Source: Sphagnum compactum (lineage: Eukaryota). Taken from it: a stretch of DNA of 64,000 bases. The notes under the pieces are model-generated. The model did not search any database. It saw nothing but the letters and a program-made list of their open reading frames with translations, and was not told the origin of the DNA. Shown one piece after another: positions 1-12,534 of the stretch (within the stretch, counting starts at the first letter, position 1; each line of letters opens with the position of its first letter). The DNA is taken from NCBI GenBank assembly GCA_965153455.1, contig OZ234494.1, forward strand, positions 3,906,001 to 3,970,000, read 5' to 3'. The position numbers and the translations under genes were made by a program.

Positions 1-345
1 CTCCTTTTTTGGAATTTATTTGAATTTTCATCGGCAGAAATTATTTACGAATCAATATCGCCCACATTTGGAATCTAAATCTTACCAAATAAATTCCATT
101 AAATCCTGCTCACCAAGATCTTTCCCACAACACCAACGGCACATTCCAATTCCTCTGAAATTTTCAGCTATGATTTAATTTGAATATTCAAGAACTTCTA
201 CTCCGCAAGTCCAAACACCATGAAACCAAGCTGATGCACCCCTCCTCCAAAGAGACCAAGAACACGATCCAAAGCATCCCGGTTCGATGGATCTCATCAG
301 TACAAACAAAACAAAACAAACAAACTACCTTCCTTCATAGATAGA
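1..345 (-). mobile_element. 5' part of a dispersed repeat, probably a non-autonomous Helitron (runs off the window start)
   Basis: Minus strand begins A|TCTATCTATGAAGGAAGGTAGTTTGTTTGTTTTG, a Helitron-type 5' TC after A. A related copy starts on + at ~50262 (ATCTATCTATTAACGAAGGTTGTTTGCTTTG). No 3' CTAG end is visible. Confidence 0.45.
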
Positions 346-348
346 TTA

Positions 349-505
349 GGGTCATTGTAGACAAGGGTCCAAGGACCGAAAGCCCAAGGATTAATTTGAA
401 CCAAATTGGACCTTGAATTGGACCCTTCTTCACATAAAAAGGCATTTTTTTTCTATTGTACAATGAGTGTATCTAAAGACTTGGGTCCAATTCAAAGGTC
501 CAATA
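349..505 (+). mobile_element. Partial Tourist/PIF-like MITE related to 7714-8032
   Basis: TTA followed by GGGTCATTGTAGACAAGGGTCCAAGG, similar to the TIR at 7714; GGTCCAA/TTGGACC motifs recur. Right end undefined. Confidence 0.45.
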
Positions 506-829
506 TCAAAAATGTTTGATTGATATGTGAGACGATTAGGTTAACTTTTGGTCTTTTCTCTTTCTTTTTTTTTCTTTTTTTTTTCATGGTTGTTAAAAAA
601 AAACTTTTACTACACACAGTGGATCTTCTTTCCAACTTTTTCATTCATCTTCATATTTCACCACGATTGCTTTCTTCCTTGGCGTTTTTTCATATGGAAT
701 GGGAATTGGTTTAGGGATTTTTTGTAAATCCAAAACTCTTTCCACTTGTGAAAATTGACACTTCAACTTTTCACTTTCTACCCCATCTTTTGATTCACCT
801 CCATTTCATGCACTTGGAAAGGCTGAAGT

Positions 830-1110
830 TGCACTCATTTTAACAATCACCTTGTACTCCATTCATGTTTTTGAGGGTAGTGATGGAATCTTTTCTAGAG
901 CTTCCGTTGATTGCCTTGAAGAAGTCTTTTGAGCAGTCGTCATTGCCTTTGTCCATCCACTTGATTCAAGCTCGAATCCGAATGCCTTCAACCTTCATGT
1001 CTTCCATTTCTTTAACTTGCTCCCTAAGACCTCTCGTAACTTGTTGCAAGCAAACATCATGCACGTTCTCCTACAGCTTTCCTTCAGCAAATTACAATTC
1101 CATACCTTAG
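830..1110 (-). mobile_element. L1-type LINE ORF2 fragment (endonuclease-to-RT linker)
   Basis: Minus translation QVKEMEDMKVEGIRIRA*IKWMDKGNDDCSKDFFKAING resembles the R-x-R-x-x-W...G-D...K-x-F-F linker and the equivalent region of the LINE at ~38520-38630. Confidence 0.65.
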
Positions 1111-1149
1111 GGACTCTTCTGCTAGCCTGAACACAAGCCGGATCCTTCT

Positions 1150-4100
1150 TAAGGTAGTTGCAATAAGATGGTAGGAATAGTTTGCAGGCCGTAGGGTGAA
1201 AGGCAACAACTCAACCAAGGCAAGGCATCAAGATTTGGAAGGTCTATTGGACCAACAACCTTCAAAGGTTCAAATATTTGGGCTAGAAGTAATCATTTTC
1301 TTGCTCTTTCCATGGACAATTGGAAATTATAGGCTACTTCCAATTCTATTTATTATCTCAATTTTGTGTTGGAAGGTAGGTTGATTTCCCAAGGTAGTTG
1401 ATCCTGGAAAATTGGCCTCTCCCTTATGATTTTTGAGGATTTTATTGACAATCCTTATCCAAGTCCTACTTCTCAAACTACTGAGTTTATGGTTTTATAA
1501 TGGCCATGAAAGAGGTGAAAAAAGGTTCTTTTTGGCCTTTTCTTCATTGGAAAGATAATACTCTACACCATGTCCTCAAGCCTTGATTTTGTTCCTTGAC
1601 TTCCTTTGTTTTTTCAAATTTAAGGTCTTATAATTGATATTAAGGTTGTATACTTGAATTTTTGTAAGGATGAAATATTATTCTTTGTTGTTTAAACAAG
1701 CAAGCGAGAAACCTTTTGTGATGCAAACCACCAAGTTTGGATGGTAGTTGATCTTGTCATTATAATATGCTACAAACCACTTTTTGTTGACTATTTGTTG
1801 TGTGAAGGTTTAAAGTTCATTTTTCCATTGATTAGGCACCTTTTTAGTTAGCCTCCCCCATACACTAAATTTATTGTTTTTGAATTGGCAAATTCTTTTG
1901 GCCTTAGCCCAAGTTTTAAAGGCCTTGGTATGTGGGTTCCATAGGTCTCCACTTGTTTGTAAACTCATTCAATGGAACTCCTCAACTCTTGGTATGGAAC
2001 CTCGTAATTCATGTCCATAGAAGCTTGTCAACCACTAAAGCTTCACATTACATATAACCTCAACCAACATAGGGGTCAAATTGACTTGACTTATTCATAC
2101 ATTTCCATCCTTATAGTCTTATTCCAAACTCTTGAACCTAGAGAAAAAATATGCCCTTTAGATCTAATGAATGTCAAACATCCACTATTTGTGCTTAAAT
2201 GGACAAGTTTTGTTCATGTGATGCCTAAGCAAAATTTTAAGGTTGGTCATCCCAAGTTCAAGTGCTAACAAAATCCATTTGGTTAGAAATGCATTTAGAA
2301 TTTTTTCTAGGTCTATAAAGCTCAATTCCCCCTTATCACACACCTTATACAACAATCCACTCAACTAACCCTTGTTCTAGTGGTGTGATTTTGCCCACAA
2401 CACAAGTAATTCCCATAGCATTGCCTTGCACTTGCAAAGGACCCTTGTCAATATTGCCCAAATTGTAATAAAGAACCAAAAAATGGAACCAAGTACAAAG
2501 TTAACAATGACATTTTTGCCCACATTGGGAAGTGAGTAGAGTTTAGTACCTCAATTTTTTATTTGTTTTTTAGATGAGGAATAAATTCACATCTGGAACC
2601 TCTAGGTTTGGCCCAAAAGTAATTGTTCCCACTAGCATCAAAAACTCACCTTTAACCGCGTACTTCCTTCTATGGTTTCTTAACCAACTTGGCCTAAAGC
2701 TCAAGGTCCAACGCCAATACAGTAAACTCTCTCTAAACTAATATCCTTGGGTCTGACCGGAAGATATTAGTTTATGGAAGATATTAGTTTACACAAATTA
2801 TATGGGGGGTAACAAAAATCATTCCGGAACCTGCCAGAGCAGCATGGAAGGTCATGGAGGTTAGTAGAAGGTCATGGATCATTGGGGAAGGTAACGGAAC
2901 CTTGTGGAGCTTGGTGGAGGATCAAAGAAGCACGTAGAAGATCATATGACATGAGTGGTAGAAATCTTTCGAAGGTGTTTCCTCTTATTTCATCGCTTTT
3001 TTGGTGCCATATGTATGATGTATTAGTTTATAAAATGCTATGGGACCGGAAAAAAATATTGAATATTAGTTTATGGAGAATTATTAGATTAAGTATGAGG
3101 CCCGCCACGGGCCTGTGCCCACATATTAGTTTAGAGAGAATATTAGTTTACACAGTATTAGTTTAGAGAGAGTTTATTGTAAGCTAGTTTATTTCCCAAG
3201 CAAGTTCAAGACTTCATAATAACACGAACTAATTAAGGAAAGTCAGTACGTTGTCTACATTGCCTTCGTCTCCCATAATGAATATTAATGAGGTATCATT
3301 TACAAAATGGGAGAATTCTTTTTTTCTTTATTTTCGTGTCATGGTAATAATTTTGTCAACGTCAACTTGTTTAATCATGATATTCAAAATTTCTCTTACA
3401 ATCAAAAAGAGGTAGGGGGTGAGTAGGCGACCTTGTGTGACCCTTCATTTATTGTAAACGGTGATCTCATGTTGCCATTGAGATAAGTGAAAAACTTGAC
3501 ATCATGGAATAGGATTATGGTCATGCCTATGAACTCAATTGCCATACCCAATTTTTCCATGGCCATGAACAAGAAATCCCAAGACACCTTATCATATGCA
3601 TTGGCAAAATCCAACTTCAAGTAGATTAGGTCTTGCTTGGTTTGTTTTGCCCAATCTTTATTCTTATGGGCTAGCAGTAGATTGTTGAAAATGTAGCTAA
3701 GGGGGAGAAATGCAAATTGATCATTATGAATGAAGTTTATGAGCATAGGTTGTAAGCATAATTGCAAGGCTTTGGCATTACAAGCCATGTTCAATGGGGT
3801 TCTAATTTGTCCTCAACTTTGAATATCAATGTTATAAACCTTTATGTGACTCCCTTCAAAAACCTCCCATTCTTGATGGAATTTGTGATCATGATGAAAT
3901 AATCGTCGACTATGAGTTTTTAGAATCCAACAAAAAATTCAACCATAATTCCATTAGGCCTAGGGTCCTCGTCTTTGGCCATGGCCTTGGCAGCTTTGTG
4001 GAGTTTTTCCAAAGAAGATATTGAGGCTACCAAACTAATATTCATGTCCTTAGTGAACTTGGACACAATTGAGGCTCAAACCTTTTCTGTTTGCATTGTG

Positions 4101-4190
4101 AGTTCTATTGAAGTTGGGATTACATTCTACAATGCTTGGTAAAGGTTCAACAATCTTTTCAAGCTCCTCAAGGGTCTGTCATTTTCACAA
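1150..4190 (-). mobile_element. Degenerate L1-type LINE ORF2 (RT and C-terminal region), interrupted by a MITE
   Basis: MAKDEDPRPNG (KSPGPDG motif) at ~3950-3985; ORF 3402-3794 with LKLDFANAYDKVSWDFL; FVNDT (decayed YADD) at ~3300; GELSFIDLEKILNAFLTKW at ~2280-2335; many stops and frameshifts. Confidence 0.85.
2720..3179. mobile_element. Tc1/mariner(pogo)-type MITE with TA target duplication
   Basis: TA|CAGTAAACTCTCTCTAAACTAATA ... TATTAGTTTAGAGAGAGTTTATTG|TA: 24-bp TIR with 1 mismatch, internal ATATTAGTTTA repeats. Removing it rejoins the host LINE sequence (...LAYWRW). Confidence 0.9.
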
Positions 4191-4249
4191 AATTTGTGTA
4201 ACAAGGATTAAAAAAAACAGTGAAAAAGAACAAAAAACAAAGAAATGAA

Positions 4250-4482
4250 CAACCTTGGACCCTAGCTTACACTTTGGTTCTCCAAATCATGAGTTCCCTT
4301 TTAAGCTTTTTTTTGGGTCTAGTGGACCAATTATTTTTCCTTCCAAAATGATGCCATGTAAGTTAAATCACAATTTGATTTGTCTTGGTCTTGGACCCTT
4401 GTGTAAAGGCCTTGGGACCAATTTAAAGCCCTTGACCAATGGGAATGTTCAATTTCATTGAACCTTACCCCTTGGACCCTAA
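4250..4482 (-). mobile_element. Partial copy of the Tourist-like MITE family (7714-8032)
   Basis: Reverse complement aligns by eye with ~7730-7945 (GGTCCCAAGGCCTTTA, TTTGGAGAACCAA, GCTAGGG blocks). Confidence 0.65.
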
Positions 4483-5019
4483 GCTCACTAATTGGCATTC
4501 ATCTAAGTGAAAAATTTAAAACTTATTTGTAAATATTCATGCAAAAGACAAATTCATTTTACATTTGGTGTGTAACTTTTTTATCTCTTCATAGCCCAAA
4601 GAAGAAGTAATAAGAAAACACAGGAAAAAAAATGGCCATGAAGGAAAAACAATGAATTCATGAAAAACTTAATCAAATTAGAAAACAAGAAAAATATCTA
4701 ATTTTTTTTGCAAATGTGATGCACCCATGTAAGTGAAAAGAATAGAACTTCTTTGGACCTTCACAACAACTTTGCAAACTAAACCAAAAAAAATTTGATC
4801 TCTAGTGTTTTGTACATGTGACCAACTCATGCGAATGAAAAGAATAAAACCCAAAATTAGATTTTTGAAAAGGATATACAACATAAGAGGACTGAACATG
4901 GAAAAAGAAGCACATAAGCTTTGCAATTTTTTTCGAAGAATGGTTTTTCAACTAGGTTTCATTTGCTTTCAGGAGCACAAGCTCATGTGATGATAAGGCA
5001 ACAAACATAAGGAAACAAC

Positions 5020-5600
5020 TATGGCTATGGGCTAGGATATGGATAACAAAAGTTGCGAATGGATACACATTTGAATTCTAAGAAAGTAAAATTGGTAAAG
5101 GTGGAATTTGTACTTTAATGAACCCCAAATGGGATACTTTCATAGCAAAATATAAGATTATAAGGGGCAACATGGTTCAAATGCTCCAGATGTGAAGGTT
5201 ACCATGTGGTGATTGGAGCATTATTAATGTGTGTGCTCTTAATAAATCCATTAGAAAGAAACAACTTGCGGGAGATGGTGAAAATAAACATCCCTATTAA
5301 TTGTATTTGGGTGCTTTGTGATGACTTAAACGTCGTGGAAAAGGCTGCAAACAAGTCATCATGTTGTGGGAGGTTAATTTCAAAAATTATTGTGGGAAGT
5401 TGTTTAAATTAACTTCGGATGTGGAAAAACCCTCAAGATTTGAGGGAAATGTAATCTATTATTGAGACAACCAATGGATTGGAGGTCATTAAATAATGGC
5501 CAAACTTGGTAATATTTACATGTCTAATGGACTCCTCCAAAACTAAACATGTAAGCTTTCATTGAATATATAGTAAGGATATATGGGGTCAGGTTTGACT
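5020..5600 (+). mobile_element. LINE apurinic-like endonuclease fragment
   Basis: CIWVLCDDLNVVEKAANKSSCCGRLISK matches CFWLLCGDLNMVEGKDDKSFFCGKLIFAK of the LINE EN at 38807-39394. Confidence 0.75.
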
Positions 5601-5699
5601 GTAACAAAAAAAAAGGTTGTTTTCACCTCTCAATTTCCCATAGCATACAATGAACAAACATGTAGATCATGCATCAAACCTTCAAACTAATCATATCTT

Positions 5700-7190
5700 C
5701 CATTCAATTCAAGAAATTTTTATTGGAAATTTGCTTACACATTGTTTTTTTCTTACAAATTACAAGGACCAAAGACTACTCGTCATTTTATGTATACTAC
5801 TTGCACTGAATTTCTAATCATGATGGAAGAATGGAAATGGTGGATCACATCTTTCCAAACTACTCTATGTTGGTTACCACGGTCTCACTTAACATCAATC
5901 ACAATTACACCTTGTTTCTCCCATATATTCATTCAAGTGCTTTTGATAGGAACCAATTGAATAGAGACATCCCAAATAGATTAACCTCAACATTCCCTTG
6001 CTTGAAAAATGCCAAAATAGTATCCCCATAGTTCCTAATGAATTGAGTCTCACTTCCTTGAATGCAATTTTTTAAGAGTTCCTTTCATAACCTAGAATTG
6101 ATGTTTTATTCAAACCAACCTAAATTGCCCCCTATGGATTGTCATCACTTCCACCATTTCCATTCATGATTCTTAAACAAATTGTTATCTAATTATAGTA
6201 TGTAGCAAAACAAATCTTGGAGATAGAAATTACATATCTAGTGCTTAAAGGCATTCTTCCCAACTAGCCACACAAAGCTCCTACTTAAATTACTAGCAAC
6301 TGTTCTCAAACACAAACCCAAAGCTCAAAACAAAAAAAAACGTGTTTAGCTTTCCAAAAGCTCATTTTCTTACGTTCTTTGTCGACAAACCCTCCTCAAA
6401 ATCAGCCATCAAAGCATTTCCACCAAGCTTGCCATCATTAAGCACCATTCAAAGAACATAAAACAAAATCCCAACTCTTCCGTTGTCTTGACATCAATCA
6501 CACAAATGCACACCATAGATCTTCCAAAACCATTAACCTGCAACAAACAACTCCACACACTCATATCCACATAAGAAGAATAATACTTATCAACTAACGA
6601 CTTTCTTGTTGTCATCTACATTCAGTAGAGTGAAACACTTTCCATTAGGTCTTCATCCACCATACGCTTACATCTTTTCTAGACTATGTCCATTATGGGG
6701 GACTAAACTAAAGCCTATCCACCATCCTTTTCCAAGCATTCATAATCTAACCCCAAATTTTAGACCCAAGAGAACACACATGACTATTGACCAACACCCA
6801 ATTTAAGTCAAGGGTTCATTTCTTGTGTCTAGAAGGCTTGCATTTCCCTAATTTGAATTAGAAGTTTTGAGGTTTGACTCATAGAGCTCCAAAGCAAACA
6901 ACACCCATTTGCACAATAAAGCCATGGACTTTTCCTAATTCACTTCAATCCCACTTATGAATATAAAGTTCTCCAACAGTTGGACCACTTTTTGGAGGTT
7001 ACTTTCATTTCCTTTGGATGAGATGTTAGTGTCATCCACATATTAAGATATGGTATATTGTTGTAAACCTCCCAAAAGTGAAATTCATTTATAGCCCTCA
7101 ATGTCTCTACTTCTTTCACCATAAAGTTAAACACTTCCCCCATTAGGAGAAAAAGATTCAATGGCCATAGATAGGATGGCACCTCCATAG
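5700..7190 (-). mobile_element. Degenerate LINE RT and C-terminal fragment
   Basis: PLNLFLLMGEVFNFMVKE (cf. PYLFILTGEVLNFMMKE at ~38000) and YVDDT at ~7025-7042. Left boundary uncertain. Confidence 0.65.
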
Positions 7191-7713
7191 TGTTGTTGCT
7201 TCTCAAGGAAGCAAAGCTTGGAAGAGGAAGGCGCTTCTCAAGGAAGACAATTGCACACTACGTAGTTCTCCCAATGAACTTTGTGGCACACTACAACAAC
7301 CATGAGCAACCAAGAAATTGGTTATGCTTTGGAACAAGGTTAAGAAGAACCCACTACCACCTAATGGAGTGACAATTCACCTTATTGGGCCTCATGCATT
7401 CTTGGTGGGAAGGGGCCCTATTGGGCTTGTTCCATAGTACAAAGTTTCTTAATTAAGCAGTCATCTCATGTTAGGCCCAAGCTACCTCACTCATCTTCAT
7501 TCCTTGTTGGATATGTTTCACTTAATTCCCATACATAACAAACAAGATGGTGGTCATGTGGGATGAAAACGAGTAAGATGAAAACACATCCATTCTTGGG
7601 AGACAATTAAAGACAAGTTTAATTTGGAAAAAAGGGAGAAGTGCATCTAGATGCACATGGTTGACCACATTTCAATAGTATGGGTGGCAAAGTTGTCTCT
7701 ACCCATATAATAA

Positions 7714-8032
7714 GGGCAACTTTAGATGAGGGTCCAAGGTCCAGGGAATTCTAGCAATCTTATTGGTCGAAAGCTCTAAACTGGTCCCAAGGCCTTTAGA
7801 CGAGGGTCAAAGACCAAAAAGTGGCAAATTGAGGCTAAACTACATGGCACTCGTTTTGGAGGGAAAATTAATTGCTTTGGACCAAAAAAAAGTGCTAAAA
7901 GCTCCTTGTTTGGAGAACCAAGAATCAGGCTAGGGACCAAGGTATAGTCAAACTCAAGGATTCAATTTGCTTCAAATCAGTCCAAATTGGTTCCTAGGAA
8001 ATTGGACCCAAGACCCTCGTCTAAAGTGGGCC
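7714..8032. mobile_element. Tourist/PIF-Harbinger-type MITE with TAA target duplication
   Basis: TAA|GGGCAACTTTAGATGAGGGTC ... GACCCTCGTCTAAAGTGGGCC|TAA; 21-bp TIR with 18/21 match. Confidence 0.85.
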
Positions 8033-8155
8033 TAAGAGTCCGGCACTGAAAAATAGCTAGGCATTTATGACAAGTTGGAAGATGATCCTGTGGCAGAGCC
8101 TCCGCAAGACTGTTGCAACATTTGGTACATGGAGAGAGTTTTCAAGCATTTTAAA

Positions 8156-8510
8156 TGTAGGGTAAAGCCCTAGGGTGGGGGCATTCTCAAAATAAGGGGC
8201 CTAGGACGAGGAGATAGCTGAGTCCAGCCCCACATTTTGGGAGTCCAGCCCCCACCCATGGGCCTTACATATCGTAAAGTACGAGGCAAAAAATTTCATG
8301 TACCAAACCTATGTAGATCATGAGGCGTATGAATGGGAGGGTTCTTATGCCTGCTCCTCCATAGTGGGAGGGTTCTTCCAACCTATAAGTAGGCATAATT
8401 TCCTTCTCACCCTTGAGGAGTAGGCATAATATCCCTCTCAATTTCTAGGTAGGAAATTTATGGATGTAAGGTGCCCTCCACACGCACTACAAATTTTCTC
8501 CGAGTGCTTT
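8156..8510 (+). repeat. ~360-bp dispersed repeat (solo-LTR-like), same family as 19992-20372
   Basis: Shared blocks GGTAAAG(C/T)CC, GGCATTC..AAAATAA.GGGCCTA.GA.GAGG, TGTAGATCATGAGG, GTAGGCATAA. Confidence 0.65.
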
Positions 8511-8514
8511 GAGA

Positions 8515-9420
8515 TGTGCAAGAGTTTGTACTAGCCAGGGTCCAAATGGGGTGGTTTTCAAATTGTTCCATGGACCTGTAGAGGGTCTTCGTTTTGACCT
8601 AGGGCTTTGGAGGTGGAGCAAACAATATGAAATAATGAGTTACAAAGCAAGCAAAATTAGGTTGGGGGTTGCTAAAACTAAGGAAAACTCGTATGTACAT
8701 GAGAAATGAACTCAAGTCCTTCCATTGGACTTCTGGCTGAAGTGGATAGAAGTGTGGATAAAATGTAGGGAAAGAAAAAATGCAGATTTCATATGGTCAT
8801 TGTGGCATCAAGCCTTGTTATTAATGCATGGACAACAAGGGATGTGGGCCTTGCCATTTACATCAAAAAGTATCTTAAGGCAAAAGAAGAATTATGAAAA
8901 CTCAAATATTTCACCATGCAAAAATATAATCTTCAAAAAATCCTCTTAAAGAAACCAAAATCCTTCAAGATATTATAACTCTATAAATAATCTCAAGTTT
9001 CAACACAAGCCAAAATATCATCTTTCAAAAATTCTCATAAAAAAATAGACCTATTATTACCTAGGGGCCAAAATCCATTAAGCTACTATACTCTATAATG
9101 AACCTAAACACAATATCCTTGCCTTGGTAGGCAAAGCCAACAAAGGGGAAGGAAAACATCCAGCAGAACTGCCCCTCCTGGGAAATTGAGGCCCCAAAAA
9201 CCATTTTGCACATATTTTGGCTGTGTCCAAGGACTAAGAAAACATGGGAAATTGCTTTAATTTTCCTATATGGTTTCAAACCAACCTTATGCATTGGTTG
9301 GTATGGAAGGTTCTTAAACTTGAACAATGTCTCTTCAATAAAAAATTACCCAATAGCTTGGGGGTTTTGGGGGAAAAATATTTATGTGACCTGGAGGAAT
9401 GATAATGGAATAATGAGATG
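8515..9420 (+). mobile_element. LINE ORF2 C-terminal (zf-RVT-like) fragments
   Basis: GLRFDLGLWRW, ADFIWSLWHQAL and CPSWEIEAPKTILHIFWLCPRTKKTW (C..E..HIF..C..W pattern). Confidence 0.65.
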
Positions 9421-12129
9421 ATAGGGGAGTGAGTGTAGCCACTTTCTGGCTCTTCAGTCAAATTACAAGTTGAAATTTAGGTGGTTGAGATTTCTTTTAA
9501 CAAAAAAAAAGTGACTAAATTAAAAGTGCCTTCTGGCAATATATTGCCAATAAAAAAACACTAGTCTTGACTCCTAGCTTAAAAATCAAGATTTGAACTC
9601 ACAATTAGGGTTTTTTAATTAAAATTTATATTTTGAAATTTGAATAAATTTCATGATATCCAAATTTTGATGATTTTCCCTCAAAAAATAGTAAAAATAG
9701 TTGAGTCTACACCATAATTTTTTTGTCCAAAATTTCTGAATTTTCTTGTTGCAAAAGATGACAAGAAATTTCAAGAAAAGATAGTTTACACCAAAAAAAT
9801 TGGGGTCCAACATATCTCCGAAATGCAAAAAAAATTTGGGGTCACGACCCTTATATAGTTTTTTTTTTAAATTCTGAAAAAAATCATGAAAAAAGCAGGG
9901 GTTTTGTATGGGGTTAACCAGATTTAGAATCTCTGCTCTTTACACTCAGCAAGCAAGAGAAGGATTACCCAAAAAAACAAAATTACTGCCATTGAATGCC
10001 AAATCCTTCTTGTGATATTAGCCAATGATGGAACATCAAAAAATTGAAAAAAAATCACAGGTTCACAATTTGTAATAGGGTAATTTCTTTAATGTACTAT
10101 GAAGTCCAAACAAGATTTCACATGGTTAGTGAATTAGTTTCTCTAAAAACAAATCAATTAAATTTGAGATATTCATATTAGAGTTATGCCTAAAGACACC
10201 GTGTCTTTGGGCCTGTTTTTACCCCCTATCCCCTCTTCCAGTGGTATCCGCAAAGTGAGGAAATCTTATTAAATCTGAGTATGAAATGCTGAAACTCAGT
10301 ATTTAATGCATAAAGTTCGAGAGTAATTGCAGTAGTTGTACAGGTGGGAGCAGTGAAAATATATGTAGCAGCAGTGGAGGCGTTCAGGAAAAAGGAAAGA
10401 CAACATGGAACGCAGTTTGCCACCGGAATTTTGGTGGAAAAACTAGTTTGGGTCCCAGTTATTTTGCTTTGTAAAATTTTCATTCCTTTTCATTCCTAGT
10501 TACACGTTTGATGCCCTACTATGCTGAAACTGGCCAGCGAACAATCAATCAGCCTTGAGGTAGGTTTGCCAGACATCCTGACGCATGTCACAGCAAGTTT
10601 GTTTAAAATTCTCACCAACATATTATGGCAAATTTGAAAAATTGACACAGCTTGTGTTCTCAACCATTATTAATCATGCAAGGTTCACATGGGAGCCACA
10701 TCATATTTTTGGACAAACATTCAAGTTGGTTTTGGAACATTTGCTTAGTTTTATTTTGTACATGAAACAAGATAATGTGATTAAATATGATGCCTTCCTG
10801 TGAAATCAGAGCAAGAGTGTTAAAAATGATGATGACACATTTATTGCATCTTGCATCAATGTTCGATTGTTGACGAGCTCTAGTGGCCCATGTTGAACAC
10901 AAAATTAGCTCAGCCTAACAATTTATTTTGGGCCATTCCCCCCTATCCTTTGGAGGACATCTAAGAGGTGTAATAGTTAGGAAATGATCTCTCTCCCTCT
11001 CAAAAATGAACTCACATTAATGTATCTTATTTTATCCTACCTTGCGTGATCCAAATAGCAACTACCTTCCATATTCATAACCTCGTCCTCTTGGTCATGA
11101 TATAACTAACCATAACCCTAAACCAGTGAATTACAACAAGGAACACACACACACGACATGCAATTGGAACAAGATTTCCTCAAATTAAAGCTTCACACAT
11201 CAAAAAGACAATAAAAACTACATTGGAGTCCATAGTCCCTAACTGTGGATCTTCTACTCCAACCAAACTCTTACTCCTACCTAATACAACTGCCTACAAG
11301 CAACTCTTTCTTCTATCTTTCCTTCTTCACTTTCCACTCATAGCCCTACTAACAAACATTAACCGCTTAAGCTCCTTGAAACCAATCCTCCTCTTCCTAC
11401 TTCCTTTGCTCTTACACAAGAAGGTAGACCTTTTACTTCCTTCTTAGATTAGCCCCCTACTCCTCCTCTTCATCCTTGTTTTTTACTTCCCTTACCAAGC
11501 GTAGCATAAGGTCTATGTACCTTTTCCCACCTTCACCCTTAAATGGAACGTTCACCAAAACTACCCTTGAGTAGCCACCATCACCCACCAATGATACCTC
11601 CACCTCCATTTCCACTGCTATTTGGTTGGGCACACTTGGGCAGCCCACCTCCTCATGATGTAGTAGCCTATTCCCATGATCTTACCTCCTCATGATACAT
11701 CTAATCCCTCTATCAGCCCCACTCCCACATTATTCATCATCACTCCTCATTCCGTCCCACTTCCACATACGCTACTCATCACTCAGAAAAGTGAGGATGG
11801 TCAACAAGCTACAGGATAAAGAACGGTTGTTGTCCTAATTACCTAAATCTATATTATAACACCTTCTTAGAAGCCTCTTCCGCCATATCCATACCTTTTT
11901 ATCCGGTAGACTTATCTGACCCAGGCTAGGACAAGATAACCATGTCTTAACCTAATTCAACAATCCTACTCCCTCATGTTATCTTAACTAGGGCACCCAT
12001 CCCTTGGTAGTCCATCCTAGATAAGATCATCTTATTATCCTATCCCATGAACTTAAGGTTAACCCCAAAACTTTATTAGTTGGTTTACCTATGCTTAAAT
12101 AGAATTTAGTTAGGCTAATTGGGGCCCAA

Positions 12130-12515
12130 CAACCCACTATTGTGGAATGATACGTTTTGGTGACCAACTTCCACAATTCTAAGGTAACATTAAATTTATT
12201 AATGGGACCTTCATCAAAATCCATAAGTATTGCATGAACAACATGGTTGTGATGGACCACCATGGGTTTGTTCATATATTTGGACCTTGGGTACCTAAAG
12301 ACATACCATGATGTTAATATCCTTTGCCAATCGGACATTTAAAAGTCATGACATCAATATTTTATCTAGACATGTAAATATTTCAAATATTTCTGCGGAA
12401 CCTTGGTTACATGGGTGAAGAGATGTTCGTGATGCATCACATTGGGAGGTGTGAATTAGTGCCTGGAATTCATATGGATGTTGTTAAGGCATACAAAAAA
12501 ATGCATGTAGGTTTG
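12130..12515 (+). pseudogene. PIF/Harbinger (HARBI1-like) DDE transposase remnant
   Basis: With frameshifts: QLPQF*GNIKFINGTFIKI..CMNNMVVMDHHG/LFIYLDLGYLKTYHDVNIL...NLGYMGEEMFVMHHIG...AYKKMHVG. Matches the IDGTHI / VCDH.GRF.YV..G.PGS.HD / GD.GY / YN..H pattern; ends before the catalytic Glu. Confidence 0.8.
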
Positions 12516-12534
12516 ACATCTCATTCCCTTGAAT

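Noticed and set aside
270..305. Hammerhead-like CTGATGA-GATCCATC-GAAC on the minus strand
   Set aside because: GAAA is replaced by GAAC and no stem I/III partners or cleavage triplet can be built.
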